Source: Candidatus Coatesbacteria bacterium (lineage in GTDB: Bacteria; JAFGND01). From it: a DNA stretch of 64,000 bases. Positions within the stretch are counted from its first letter, which is position 1. Every line of letters begins with the position of its first letter. The stretch is from assembly GCA_016927185.1 (NCBI GenBank), contig JAFGND010000025.1, positions 15,889 through 79,888 on the forward strand. The letters run 5' to 3'. A program made the position numbers and the translations under genes. The notes beneath the pieces are model-generated. The model ran no database searches. It was not told where the DNA came from and saw only the letters and a list, made by a program, of their open reading frames with translations. Shown here piece after piece: positions 28,411-38,532 of the stretch.

Positions 28411-29412
28411 ATGCAATTTAACATAAAACGTGCTTTTTCATTGATAGATTCTTTTACGAGAATAAAAGTTGCAGTTGTTGGTGATCTGATAGCTGATATT
28501 TACTGGAAAGGTACTTTAACAAGATTTTCAAGAGAAGCTCCTGTGCCAATTGTCAAGCTTGATGATGAGATATTAGTTCCCGGAGGAGCTGCCAATACAT
28601 CTGCTAATATAGCAAGCTTGAGTGGAAAATCCTTGTTGATTGGCAGATTTGGCAAGGATAACGAGGGAGACAGGCTAAGGGAAAATCTGAATAAAATAAA
28701 TGGATTGAGCGTTTATCCATTATTCAAGGACAACTTCAAAACCATAACAAAAATCAGGATAAAAGCTGGTAGCTTTCATACAAGACCTGCACAAATCCTC
28801 AGGATAGACAAGGAAAATGCTGAAATTCAGCTAACCGAAGAAGAAAATGAGGAAATAGTGACTGCCTTGAAAGGATGCGACGCAATAATTCTAAGCGATT
28901 ATGGTTATGGTAGTGCTTCCCCTGACTTGCTTTCATATATCAAGAAAAGAACAGGAAATCTGGTTATAATTTCAGTTGACTCAAGATACAGGATTAATGA
29001 ATTCATGGGTGCCAGTCTCTTGACTCCCAACGAAGAGGAAGCTGCTTATGCTTTGAAAGAAGAAAATATCCTTGATAATGATATTATTGCAGCTGGGAAA
29101 AAACTTCTCAGGATTTCTTCTGCACATAACCTGATAATTACAAGAGGACCTTTCGGCATGGCATATTTCTCGAAAAAAACCAGTGAAAAAATCCCTATTT
29201 GCGGAACTACTGATATTGTTGATAATACCGGGGCAGGGGACACTGTAATAGCAGCGGCAACTTTGTCACTAGCTTGTGGTGCTTCTCTGCGTGAGGCTGC
29301 AATAATTGCCAATTGTGCGGCTTCTGTTTCAGTAATGCAGGAAGGTGCAGTAGCAGTAAAACCAACAGTATTAAAAGATGCAGTTGCCCTGTTTTTGAAA
29401 CAGTATTTGTAA
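28411..29412 (+). CDS. D-glycero-beta-D-manno-heptose-7-phosphate kinase (HldE/RfaE kinase domain only; PfkB family)
   Basis: 'KVAVVGDLIADIYWKGTLTRFSREAPVPIV' matches the HldE domain-I N-terminus. 'DNTGAGDT' is the PfkB signature. No adenylyltransferase domain is attached. Confidence 0.7.
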   Translation: MQFNIKRAFSLIDSFTRIKVAVVGDLIADIYWKGTLTRFSREAPVPIVKLDDEILVPGGAANTSANIASLSGKSLLIGRFGKDNEGDRLRENLNKINGLSVYPLFKDNFKTITKIRIKAGSFHTRPAQILRIDKENAEIQLTEEENEEIVTALKGCDAIILSDYGYGSASPDLLSYIKKRTGNLVIISVDSRYRINEFMGASLLTPNEEEAAYALKEENILDNDIIAAGKKLLRISSAHNLIITRGPFGMAYFSKKTSEKIPICGTTDIVDNTGAGDTVIAAATLSLACGASLREAAIIANCAASVSVMQEGAVAVKPTVLKDAVALFLKQYL

Positions 29413-29421
29413 GGATTTCAA

Positions 29422-31635
29422 ATGCAAAAAGGATTGACAGCAGAATATAAAACCTCTTTTTATTTTGCTATTTCATTATCAGTAATATGTTTCTTTTTTT
29501 TTCAGTTTCTCATGGCAGATGATATTACATGGACCAACTGGGGTGAAGATGGAGGAGATTTTCTGGCATGTGCATCTATTCTTGGTATTCCTCACCCAAC
29601 TAGTTATCCATTTTATACACTGCTTCTAAAAGCATTTTTTCTGATATTTCCTTTTGGAAACATAGGCTTCAGGGGAAATTTGCTTTCATCAGTTTTTGCA
29701 TCATCAGGAATATACTTCTTTTATATGATTACATCAAGACTGCTTTCTTTCATTCCGCAGGTGAAGAAAGACAGAAAAGGAGTAATTTATGGATTGCCTT
29801 TGCTTGTATGTATCATACTTGCATTAAGCAGAATTTTCTTGAGCCAGGCAATAATTACTGAAGTATATTCCCTGAATGCACTAATCTTTTTAATGAGTAT
29901 TCATTTCCTTTTAAAATGGGTGTTTGAAAAGAAAACCAATTACTTGATATTTGTATTTTATTTACTGGGATTGGGTTTCAGCCACCATGGCAGCATAATT
30001 TTCTTCATCCCTCTTCTATTGTCTGTTTTGATAAGATTTAAAAAAAGATTAAATGCAAGAATTGCTTTTTTTTCAATATTCATATGGTTGATTGGTCTTA
30101 CTCCTTATCTATATGATCCATTAAGAGCAATCCAGAATCCTCATTTATCGTGGGGTACACCATATTGCTTTTCTAAATTCTATTGGATTATAACTGCTTC
30201 TCAATACAGGTACAGGATGTTCTCAAGACCATTTATGGAAAGTCTAAGAAAATTCCGTTCAAGTTATCATATTGAGCAACAGATTGGATACCTGGGAGTT
30301 TTCATATTCATCTGGACAGCAATTACTTTACTGTCAAGATTCAAGAAAGCAGGGAGAATACGAAGTAATTTCGGGATAATAGTCATGGGATTGTCTTTAT
30401 CATTTCTTGCTAATTTGATTTATTCATTCAATTACAATATTGCGGATATAAATGCTTATTATATACCAGGTTACATTATTGCTTGTATTTTTCTCTGTCT
30501 TGGAACAGGAATACTCATCAAGATATGGCAGGAGAGCTCTATTTTTTATCCAAAATCGTATTTACCTTTGGTAATTACACTGGTTTTATTGACTGCTCCA
30601 CTAATCCTGAACATCAGAAAATGCAATAGCAGGACAAAACAAGATGCAAAGGAATTTACAACAGAAGTATTCAATGCAGCAAAACCAAATGGAGTAATTC
30701 TTAGTGAATATGATGGCAGAACATTCGGGTTATGGTACAAAAGATATGGTCCCTTGAAAGATAAATCCCAGGTTTTCATTATTTATAAGTATCTTTTTAT
30801 ATGGGACTGGTATTTGGAGCATCTTCCAAAAGTAGCTAGCAGGCTTTTATATCCACCAAAATCACCTATTGTTGATGCATATTTATGTGATCTGATAACT
30901 CTTAACATTGGGAGATTGCCTTTGTATATGGTGCGGGAAGATCCAGTCATAAAAACGAACTGGGATCTTGTTAGATTATATGATGCAAAAATGCCTTTAT
31001 ATGAAATAAAAGAAAAAGCCAGACTTCCTGAGGTCAAGTATTCTGCAAAAGAAGATACAATGTTTATTGATATCAGTACATTTGCAAACAGCTGCTATAG
31101 TCAGGATCCATTCAGAATCGGTGATGTAAGTGGTAAACCTAATCATTTCATTGGGCTGGATGAAGGAGAATATAATTATCAAGGCATTCCATTCAAATTC
31201 ATGAAAGCTGTCACTGGCAAGGAGAATAAATTCAACTGCATTTCGACTTGCTTTTTATCAAGAACATCATTTAAAATTCCTCTTGTCCAGAAGAGAAGCA
31301 AGCATCTGGCTTTTGCATTGACTGGAGGTGCTATTGCAAACTATAAAGGAGCTGTCTTGAAACTCAAGGTAATATATAAAGATGGTATGAATGATGACTT
31401 TGTTCTTTACAGTTGCAAAGATATATATGAATATGGATTTAAAAAGTATGGAGCAGAAGCTCCTCCTCTTGAAAAAATAATATGGCAAAATAAAAAGGGA
31501 GCGTTTATTACTGGTTGTGAAATAGATTTGGACAATGAAAGAATTCCAGAGAAACTTGTTATAAGAAATGCTGGAATTGCAAACAACGCAGGAGTTTATC
31601 CAGGAGTGATTATCTTTGCAGTCACACAATATTGA
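29422..31635 (+). CDS. DUF2723-family polytopic membrane protein (TMEM260-like putative GT-C glycosyltransferase)
   Basis: N-terminal 'WGEDGGDFLACASILGIPHPTSYPFYTLL' resembles the DUF2723 signature. About 11 TM helices followed by a ~330-aa soluble C-terminal domain. Confidence 0.55.
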   Translation: MQKGLTAEYKTSFYFAISLSVICFFFFQFLMADDITWTNWGEDGGDFLACASILGIPHPTSYPFYTLLLKAFFLIFPFGNIGFRGNLLSSVFASSGIYFFYMITSRLLSFIPQVKKDRKGVIYGLPLLVCIILALSRIFLSQAIITEVYSLNALIFLMSIHFLLKWVFEKKTNYLIFVFYLLGLGFSHHGSIIFFIPLLLSVLIRFKKRLNARIAFFSIFIWLIGLTPYLYDPLRAIQNPHLSWGTPYCFSKFYWIITASQYRYRMFSRPFMESLRKFRSSYHIEQQIGYLGVFIFIWTAITLLSRFKKAGRIRSNFGIIVMGLSLSFLANLIYSFNYNIADINAYYIPGYIIACIFLCLGTGILIKIWQESSIFYPKSYLPLVITLVLLTAPLILNIRKCNSRTKQDAKEFTTEVFNAAKPNGVILSEYDGRTFGLWYKRYGPLKDKSQVFIIYKYLFIWDWYLEHLPKVASRLLYPPKSPIVDAYLCDLITLNIGRLPLYMVREDPVIKTNWDLVRLYDAKMPLYEIKEKARLPEVKYSAKEDTMFIDISTFANSCYSQDPFRIGDVSGKPNHFIGLDEGEYNYQGIPFKFMKAVTGKENKFNCISTCFLSRTSFKIPLVQKRSKHLAFALTGGAIANYKGAVLKLKVIYKDGMNDDFVLYSCKDIYEYGFKKYGAEAPPLEKIIWQNKKGAFITGCEIDLDNERIPEKLVIRNAGIANNAGVYPGVIIFAVTQY

Positions 31636-32254
31636 TAATTTAATACCTCAGAGAAGATATGGTCAGAAGAAGCATCTTCCTGGTGTACTGATTGGAGTAG
31701 TATTATTGATCATAATCCTGCTTCTTATTGGTTATTTCTTAATAAGAAAAAGATCTTCAACAGAAGAATCAAATGAAAGCAAGAAAGAGGAAAGAAGCAA
31801 GCAAAATGAATCTGTAAAATCTTTGGATAAGAAGAAAGAAGACTATTTGAAAAAAGCATCTTCACCTCTTCCAGCTAAATCTTCAGAACCAATATTCAAT
31901 GTAAAAGTACTTGAGAATTTCTCGAATATTATCAAAATTGAACTTCTGAATGGAACCAAGGTGGTTGGTGTTGTCGGTCGTTTAACCCCGATTGTAAGAA
32001 GGCATGCTCATGGAAAGATTGATATTCTTGCAGTAGGGAACACTCATTCACCTGAATATGTTTACAAGGAAAGTATGGTCATCGACAGGATTGGAAATCC
32101 AGAATATGCAAAAGTGATAGCTGATTTTTTTGGAATCAAGCGTGTTATAACTCAGGGAAACAAGGAACTGCTTGTCGATGTTACAGTCATAATTGGAGAA
32201 GATTTAATCAATATATACCAGAATAATGTTCTCTGGTATCAAACAATCAACTAG
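31616..32254 (+). CDS. Hypothetical single-pass membrane protein
   Basis: One TM (GVLIGVVLLIIILLLIGYFLI), then a K/E/S-rich linker and a ~120-aa C-terminal domain. Overlaps the previous gene by 20 nt. Confidence 0.4.
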   Translation: MQSHNIDNLIPQRRYGQKKHLPGVLIGVVLLIIILLLIGYFLIRKRSSTEESNESKKEERSKQNESVKSLDKKKEDYLKKASSPLPAKSSEPIFNVKVLENFSNIIKIELLNGTKVVGVVGRLTPIVRRHAHGKIDILAVGNTHSPEYVYKESMVIDRIGNPEYAKVIADFFGIKRVITQGNKELLVDVTVIIGEDLINIYQNNVLWYQTIN

Positions 32255-34449
32255 TCACTCTTGAAAAGAATAGATTCGCTGTAATAAGATTCTATAGGTA
32301 CATCACCTTTCATTGCAGGCTTGAATCTATATCTTTTCGCAGCAGATACTGCTTCTGAATCACAAGCAGAATTGCCACTTGATTTCTGGACTTTAACGTC
32401 AGTTACTCTTCCATCTACTCCTATTGTCAATGTAAGCTGAGTAGTACCAGTAAATTTGGTTTTAGAGGCACTAGCAGGATAGCTTGCTTTTGACTTCGAT
32501 ATTAGCTCAGCAGGAACAAGTTTGCCTTTCTTTGCAGGTGTTTCTTTTTTATCTGCCTTTGTAACTTCAACCTTTTTGGTCACGTCTTTTTTCTCTACTT
32601 TATCGGGTTCAGATTTCTCTGTTTTCTTAGCTACTTCAGTTTCTTTTTTCTGAGCTTTCATTGTAACGTTTCTTGTTACGGATTTTCCGTCCTTTACTTC
32701 AATAGCTATGCTTGTTTCTTCATAACCATCAGCTTTTAGAACAAATACCCTTTTTCCTGCTGCAAATTCCTTTGTAAATGTTGTACTGCCAACAAGCTGT
32801 CCCCCTACATAAACTGTTGCAGAAGGAGTTGAGCTTATTGTAACTGTTCCTTTTCCTGAGACGAATTCCACTTCTATATTTTTCGTTTCTTCTGATTTGA
32901 CAACAACAACATCTTCAAAACTCATATCACCATGCTTGGCTTCAAACTTGTATTCACCTGGTGAAAGCTCTATTTTACTAATGTCGGGGAATTTTCCCTT
33001 GGATTCTCCATTAATGAGAATCTCAGCTCCATCTTTGCATTTTGTTATCATTATACTGCCTTTGGCAGCGGCAACATCCTTTACTTTTTCTTCACCTTTT
33101 GTTTCCTCTTCCTTGACTACTTCTTCCTTCTTGGCGGTTTCCTCTGGCTTTTTTGAAAGCATGGGTTTGAAAACGAATACTACAAGAAGCACTATTACAA
33201 TTAATGCACCTGCTGCCCCCGCAATAATTCCAACTGGCAGTCCCTTTTTTCCTTCTTCTTTCGGTTTTGTTTCAATTGGTTTTTCTTCCTTCGGTGGTTT
33301 TTGAGGTTCAGTAGCAATTTTAGGTTTTTCTTCTGCTTTCTTTTCCTTTAAAGGTTCTGCTTTCGCTTTTTCAGTTCCTTTCTTTTTCTGAATTACTTCC
33401 TTTGGTTTAACGGTCTCAGCAGAAACTGGTTTCTTCTCTGCTACCTTTGGTTCTTCTTTTGGTTTCAGGATTTCTTTTGGTTCTTCATGAGGAACTGCTT
33501 TTGGTTTTACGGTTTCCCTTGCTTTTACATCTATCTTTTTCTCTTCCTTGATCACAGGTTTTACTTCAGCAACCTTTTTAGCTTTTTTCTCTGCAGGAGC
33601 TGATTCTTTATGAGGATATTCTATAATCTCTGCTTCGTCGACAGTCCTGGAAACAAGCCTTTCTTCTTTTTCTTTCTGCATTTTTTCAATCTTCTCAGCA
33701 AATTCTGCTCCATCTTCCTCTTTTACAACTTCAATGAATGCTGATTTTACTGCTTCTTTTTCCTCGAGAGTAGCTTGTTTCTGTACTTTCTCCTTTTTCA
33801 ATTCAGTAATCTTGACTTCCTCTTCCTTTTTCTTTCTCTCTTCCTCTATTTCGTCAATTGTTCTCAATGTCTCGTGGGAACCAATAGTATCATTTATTGC
33901 AGTAGCAATGTCTTCAGGTGTAGGAAGATGATCTGAAGTCTCTTCTACCAGATCCTTGTATTCACTTTCTAGCTCATTTTCTGGAATTACTGCACTATCT
34001 CCAAGTTCAGTTCTTAACAGGGCAAGTTTCTGTGCTATCTCCTTATTACTTGGATTATACTTAAGAGCTGCCTCGAAGTTTGATATGGCTTTACCAATTT
34101 CCTTATCTTTTAAAGCTTTTTCAGCACCCTTGATATATCTATCTACAACTAGTTCTCTCTTGAATTTATTTAGTAATCTCTTTACTTTAAGATTTTCCGG
34201 ATCTATTTCAAGAATTTTCTGCAGTTCCTCTATTGCCTGTTTCTTATCTCCTTCAACAAGAAAGCGTTGAGCATTTTCATAATAAGTTCTGATATTAAGC
34301 TCACCTTCGATTTTATCAAGCAATGATTTTACTCTTTCATTAGATGGATCAATCTTCAAGATTTCACGTAATTTGCTTACTGCAAGAGGTCTGTCTTTCT
34401 TGCCAAGAGCTTCCATTGCTTCTCTCAGTAAAAGTTTTATATCAGCCAT
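32251..34449 (-). CDS. TonB-family protein with atypical architecture: N-terminal TPR repeats, K/E/P-rich linker, TM, two PEGA-like beta-sandwich domains, TonB_C domain
   Basis: C-terminal 'GTTQLTLTIGVDGRVTDVKVQKSSGNSACDSEAVSAAKRYRFKPAMKGDVPIES' fits TonB_C. 'KPKEEPKVAEKKPV…' is a Pro/Lys linker. TM 'GIIAGAAGALIVIVLLVVFVF'. N-terminal TPR-like repeats. Confidence 0.65.
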   Translation of the reverse strand: MADIKLLLREAMEALGKKDRPLAVSKLREILKIDPSNERVKSLLDKIEGELNIRTYYENAQRFLVEGDKKQAIEELQKILEIDPENLKVKRLLNKFKRELVVDRYIKGAEKALKDKEIGKAISNFEAALKYNPSNKEIAQKLALLRTELGDSAVIPENELESEYKDLVEETSDHLPTPEDIATAINDTIGSHETLRTIDEIEEERKKKEEEVKITELKKEKVQKQATLEEKEAVKSAFIEVVKEEDGAEFAEKIEKMQKEKEERLVSRTVDEAEIIEYPHKESAPAEKKAKKVAEVKPVIKEEKKIDVKARETVKPKAVPHEEPKEILKPKEEPKVAEKKPVSAETVKPKEVIQKKKGTEKAKAEPLKEKKAEEKPKIATEPQKPPKEEKPIETKPKEEGKKGLPVGIIAGAAGALIVIVLLVVFVFKPMLSKKPEETAKKEEVVKEEETKGEEKVKDVAAAKGSIMITKCKDGAEILINGESKGKFPDISKIELSPGEYKFEAKHGDMSFEDVVVVKSEETKNIEVEFVSGKGTVTISSTPSATVYVGGQLVGSTTFTKEFAAGKRVFVLKADGYEETSIAIEVKDGKSVTRNVTMKAQKKETEVAKKTEKSEPDKVEKKDVTKKVEVTKADKKETPAKKGKLVPAELISKSKASYPASASKTKFTGTTQLTLTIGVDGRVTDVKVQKSSGNSACDSEAVSAAKRYRFKPAMKGDVPIESYYSESILFKSD

Positions 34450-34488
34450 CTTTTTTCACCCCAAATCTGATTTAAAACAGCAAGTTAT

Positions 34489-36039
34489 CTACCTTGTCAA
34501 GCGATAATAAACTGCTGACCATTCTTTATTTTGTTTCTTTTCTTTCAAATCATTTGCCCAGTTTTCCACTTTTTTTGGTATTCGTAATTCAAACCTGTTC
34601 CTTAGATTGTCTATAGCGAAATCATTCGGGACATTGTTATAATAAAGAATATAAGTTTGAGAAGTGCTTGATTCTTGCTTTACTTCCTGATATTTATCTG
34701 CCAGGAATACTTCTTCCTTGTTATCCTTTGTTATCTTGCCTTCTGTATATTGAATTGCTTTCAATATGACTGGCTCTTTCTTGGGGTTGAGTTTTTCGTC
34801 CTGCATGGTTACCAATCTTGTATTTTCTGGAGTTATAAAGAAAGGATTTTTGGTCTTGTTAGTTACATTTATTGCAATTCCCAAAACCCTTCCCTCCTTT
34901 GACTTGAATTCCTCTATACCAGTTAGTGTTACATCTATGCCATAAAAATTGACAACGACCTTCAAGCCAGGCCCCATCTCATCCTGCTTTATTTGCTTTT
35001 TCAGGTATTCGATTTTTTTGTTATTTTGAACATTTGTTGGATCAATATCTTTTGCTATAATCTCGCGAATCCTAAGCTCTTCTTCCTTATTCCCCAGACC
35101 TTGACCATAGAATTTAGCCAAATCATCCAGAACTTTCCTTAAAATCTCTCCTGAAGCTGATAATCTTATTTCAGGATCATCTATATATATCTCAAAGTCC
35201 CTGAATCTGTTTATCAACCTGAAAACTGTTTTCAATTTATCTAAAGTTGCAATCTTTTTTTCTATTTTTTCCTTCGAAGGGCTTTTTGTAATATCAAGAG
35301 GTTCTACATTTTTGTAATTCTCTACAGCTGTCTTATAAAAAGTAGCTAACACTTCTGTCAGTTCCTTTCTTTGCTTGTATCTGCAATAATATCTAATGTA
35401 ATCCATTGCTACTGAGGATCTTTTGAACTGAGATGGGAGGTGATCTCCCTTGTACTTTTCAGCAAGATTTTCCCCAACCTTGAATATGTTCTCAAATGCA
35501 ACAAGTGTTTTTTCAAAACGATTTTCTGAAGGAGGTTGTTCCATTTCCTGCTTGAATTGAATAATAGCATCATCTATATTTTTTCTTAATTCCTCTACTT
35601 GTGCAGCCATTTCTTCAGGAGGCTTTACATCCTTTTTGCCTGAAAAAGCGAGCCATAATACTGTTAATACTATCAAGACACCTAATCCTATTGAGATAGG
35701 TACTGAAATATTTCTCTGTTTAATTGCTATCTCATCCGTATCATCTGACGTCTCTTGAAACAAATCAATCACATCAGATGCTTTTTTCCATTCACTTGAA
35801 CCTGGTTCTTTTACAAGATCATTAGGAGAAATGCGCATTTCAGAAGCCCAGTTTTTCAAAACATCTAGATTTGCTGCCTGGAATTCTCTTCCTCCTATTT
35901 GAACAATGTAAGGTTCAGATGACGTTGAAGTATCTTCTTTTGCTGCTTCTCCCTTACCTGAATTTAATGGATTATTACAAAATGGGCAAATATCTGATAC
36001 CTCATCAGCTATTTCTTTTTTACAATATGGACATTCCAT
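34489..36039 (-). CDS. Zinc-ribbon-domain membrane protein, unknown function
   Basis: 'MECPYCKKEIADEVSDICPFCNNPL' is a CxxC…CxxC ribbon. One TM. C-terminal soluble domain. Confidence 0.5.
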   Translation of the reverse strand: MECPYCKKEIADEVSDICPFCNNPLNSGKGEAAKEDTSTSSEPYIVQIGGREFQAANLDVLKNWASEMRISPNDLVKEPGSSEWKKASDVIDLFQETSDDTDEIAIKQRNISVPISIGLGVLIVLTVLWLAFSGKKDVKPPEEMAAQVEELRKNIDDAIIQFKQEMEQPPSENRFEKTLVAFENIFKVGENLAEKYKGDHLPSQFKRSSVAMDYIRYYCRYKQRKELTEVLATFYKTAVENYKNVEPLDITKSPSKEKIEKKIATLDKLKTVFRLINRFRDFEIYIDDPEIRLSASGEILRKVLDDLAKFYGQGLGNKEEELRIREIIAKDIDPTNVQNNKKIEYLKKQIKQDEMGPGLKVVVNFYGIDVTLTGIEEFKSKEGRVLGIAINVTNKTKNPFFITPENTRLVTMQDEKLNPKKEPVILKAIQYTEGKITKDNKEEVFLADKYQEVKQESSTSQTYILYYNNVPNDFAIDNLRNRFELRIPKKVENWANDLKEKKQNKEWSAVYYRLTR

Positions 36040-36100
36040 CTTTCTCCCCCTATACTCTAATTATATTTATTAAAAGATTTATATCAAATATCACAATATT

Positions 36101-38521
36101 TTACCTCTGATCAAGTTTGGAAAAAATGTCCTTGGTTATCTCTATTTCTTTTGATAACTTGAACTTCCTTGTCATGTTTTTCAGATTTTCAGCAAGATCT
36201 GCAAGGTTTTGAGCAGCTGTTGACAGTTCTTCCATGCTTGAAGTCTGCTCTTCAATCGCTGATGAAACTTGATTCGCACTTGATGCAGTTTCATCTACAA
36301 TACCGGCGATAGAATTTATGTTTTCACTCAAGCTTCTCATATTTGTAAGCTGCTTGTTTGCAGCTTTCAGAATATTATCTATCTCGAGTGCAATAGATTC
36401 AACCTTCTGAGAAATATCTCTCAGGAAATGTATGGAAGACATCATGACATCTTTTCCTTCTTGTAAACGCTGGGCAGATTTCTCAACCTGCCTTTGTGTT
36501 TCTTCAGCGGCAGAAGAGACTTCATTAATAATTGTCTTTATTTCCTCTCCATACTGGGTAGTGTTTTTTGACAAATCCTTCACTTCATCTGCAATTATTG
36601 AAAAACTCCTTCCATGTTCTCCTGCTCTTGCCGCTTCAATGGAAGCATTAAGAGCTAGCAGATTAGTCTGCTTGGAGATGTCAGTAATAATATCTGTGAA
36701 TCTTGATACATTGCTCAGTTTCTTTACAAGATCATCAACCATTTTAGTTATTTCATTGGAAGTTTGATCCATTACTCTAATATGCTCAAGTGACTTCAAG
36801 GCAGATTGTCTTCCCATTTCAGCAAATGAAGCTACATCCTTTGAAGCTCCTCCAGCTTGCTGAGCTTCATTTGATACTTGCTCAGAATAAGTTCTTACTG
36901 AATTAGAAAGGTTTATAATGTCATAAACTCTTTCACTCTGGTTATTTGCTCCAAATGAAATATCCTGAATGGATGAGGCAATTTCCTCAGATGATGCATT
37001 CATTTGTTCACTGGAAGCAGCTAGTTCCTCAGCCATAGCAGATAACTCATTTGAAATATTGAACACTCTTGCCAGCATCAATGACAGGTTTTCAATGAAG
37101 CTATTGAAATCCTCAGCCAGTCTTCCAATCTCATCCTGTGACAGAACAGGGAATCTCTGAGTTAAATCTCCTTCACCAGCTGACATCTCTGAAACAAGAT
37201 TATTTATCTGAAACAAGGGTTTAGATACATTATTCCTGATATATGAACTTAATATCAAACCTGCTCCACCGAATGCCAGAAGGAAAATAATGACAAGAGC
37301 TATCATATTTCTTTGAAAAACCTTGTATTCATTGAAATAATAGACTATTACTCCTTGTGAATTCGGGACATTAAGAGGTTTGCTTCTTCTATGATTTAAT
37401 GTATCCAGACCAGCTGGATATACTACAGCTGGCATAGTAGGTATTTTTAGAAGATATCCCTGTATGTTTATCATCCTTTTTGTTGGCTGAGTATCTTCAA
37501 GATCCCAGTATATTCTTACCATATCTGATATACCTTCAGGTTTTGATGCTTCCTTGCCTTTCAGGAAGTGCTTTACATCATCATGAAAATTACGAGCCAT
37601 TATATCAGAAATATTATCTATGGTTGTCCATAAATTTATCATGGCAAAAATAGTAACCAGACCAAGAGATGTGTTTAAAACTATTATTACGAGTGAAATA
37701 ATCTTCTGTTGCAATGATATCTTGCTTTTTTCTTTCCCGATTATTGAATTGAGCAAAGTGATTATTGACCACATGAGGAATACAAATGGTATAAGGAATA
37801 GCATTTCCCCAAGGAATCCCAGGCGTGGAGCAATAAAAAGCATTATCAACGCTACTGCTGCCATTATTATATGATTTGCAAGGTCATATGAGAATATCTT
37901 TCTCCATTGAAGACTTTCCAAACCATCTTTCAGGGCATGATAACCGAAAACAAATCCGGTATTTACTGCAAGATAAAATACTGCGCCTAAAATATAAAAG
38001 ATTGAACCATAAAGGGTTAAAGTCTGCCCAAACTTATCTATTCTTTGTAATATTGGAAGCTTGAGGAAATTCACGAATTCCTCTGTTCCCTTTGCTGGAT
38101 TGAAGCCAGTAACTATTAAATCTAGAGCGAAAATGCATATTATGAATTGAAGCGGAATAAAAAAAGTTCTCAATAACGGTCTTTTGTTTCTTATTTGATG
38201 GATCAAAGATGAAATCGAGACCACTGCAATAGCCATAGCAGGACCATAAAGAAGATATGTTATGAAGACAGGAAAAAATTCGATTCCGAGAGCTAATCCA
38301 CTTGTAAGCTGAACATCTATAAAACCTGATATTATACATATAAGAAGAAATACAAGATAGACTTTTATTAAATCTGCATTTACAGTTTTTATGACGGCAA
38401 ATAAATCGAAAATATAATAAGCAGCTACTACTATCCCCAGGACTATGACTATAAATGCAAAAGTCCTGAAATATCTTGAATAGGTAGCATTTGTTATGCT
38501 ATCATCAGCATTTTCAGCCAT
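36101..38521 (-). CDS. Methyl-accepting chemotaxis protein with polytopic N-terminal membrane sensor region
   Basis: HAMP-like segment, then the MCP signalling domain 'TNLLALNASIEAARAGEHGRSFSIIADEVKDLS'. About 8 N-terminal TM helices. Confidence 0.8.
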   Translation of the reverse strand: MAENADDSITNATYSRYFRTFAFIVIVLGIVVAAYYIFDLFAVIKTVNADLIKVYLVFLLICIISGFIDVQLTSGLALGIEFFPVFITYLLYGPAMAIAVVSISSLIHQIRNKRPLLRTFFIPLQFIICIFALDLIVTGFNPAKGTEEFVNFLKLPILQRIDKFGQTLTLYGSIFYILGAVFYLAVNTGFVFGYHALKDGLESLQWRKIFSYDLANHIIMAAVALIMLFIAPRLGFLGEMLFLIPFVFLMWSIITLLNSIIGKEKSKISLQQKIISLVIIVLNTSLGLVTIFAMINLWTTIDNISDIMARNFHDDVKHFLKGKEASKPEGISDMVRIYWDLEDTQPTKRMINIQGYLLKIPTMPAVVYPAGLDTLNHRRSKPLNVPNSQGVIVYYFNEYKVFQRNMIALVIIFLLAFGGAGLILSSYIRNNVSKPLFQINNLVSEMSAGEGDLTQRFPVLSQDEIGRLAEDFNSFIENLSLMLARVFNISNELSAMAEELAASSEQMNASSEEIASSIQDISFGANNQSERVYDIINLSNSVRTYSEQVSNEAQQAGGASKDVASFAEMGRQSALKSLEHIRVMDQTSNEITKMVDDLVKKLSNVSRFTDIITDISKQTNLLALNASIEAARAGEHGRSFSIIADEVKDLSKNTTQYGEEIKTIINEVSSAAEETQRQVEKSAQRLQEGKDVMMSSIHFLRDISQKVESIALEIDNILKAANKQLTNMRSLSENINSIAGIVDETASSANQVSSAIEEQTSSMEELSTAAQNLADLAENLKNMTRKFKLSKEIEITKDIFSKLDQR

Positions 38522-38532
38522 CTTAACCTACT

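Noticed and set aside
32897-34270. Ser/Thr/Phe-rich plus-strand ORFs (135, 65, 104 aa)
   Set aside because: These are antisense to the Lys/Glu/Pro-rich linker of the TonB-like gene. Compositional mirroring explains the open frames.
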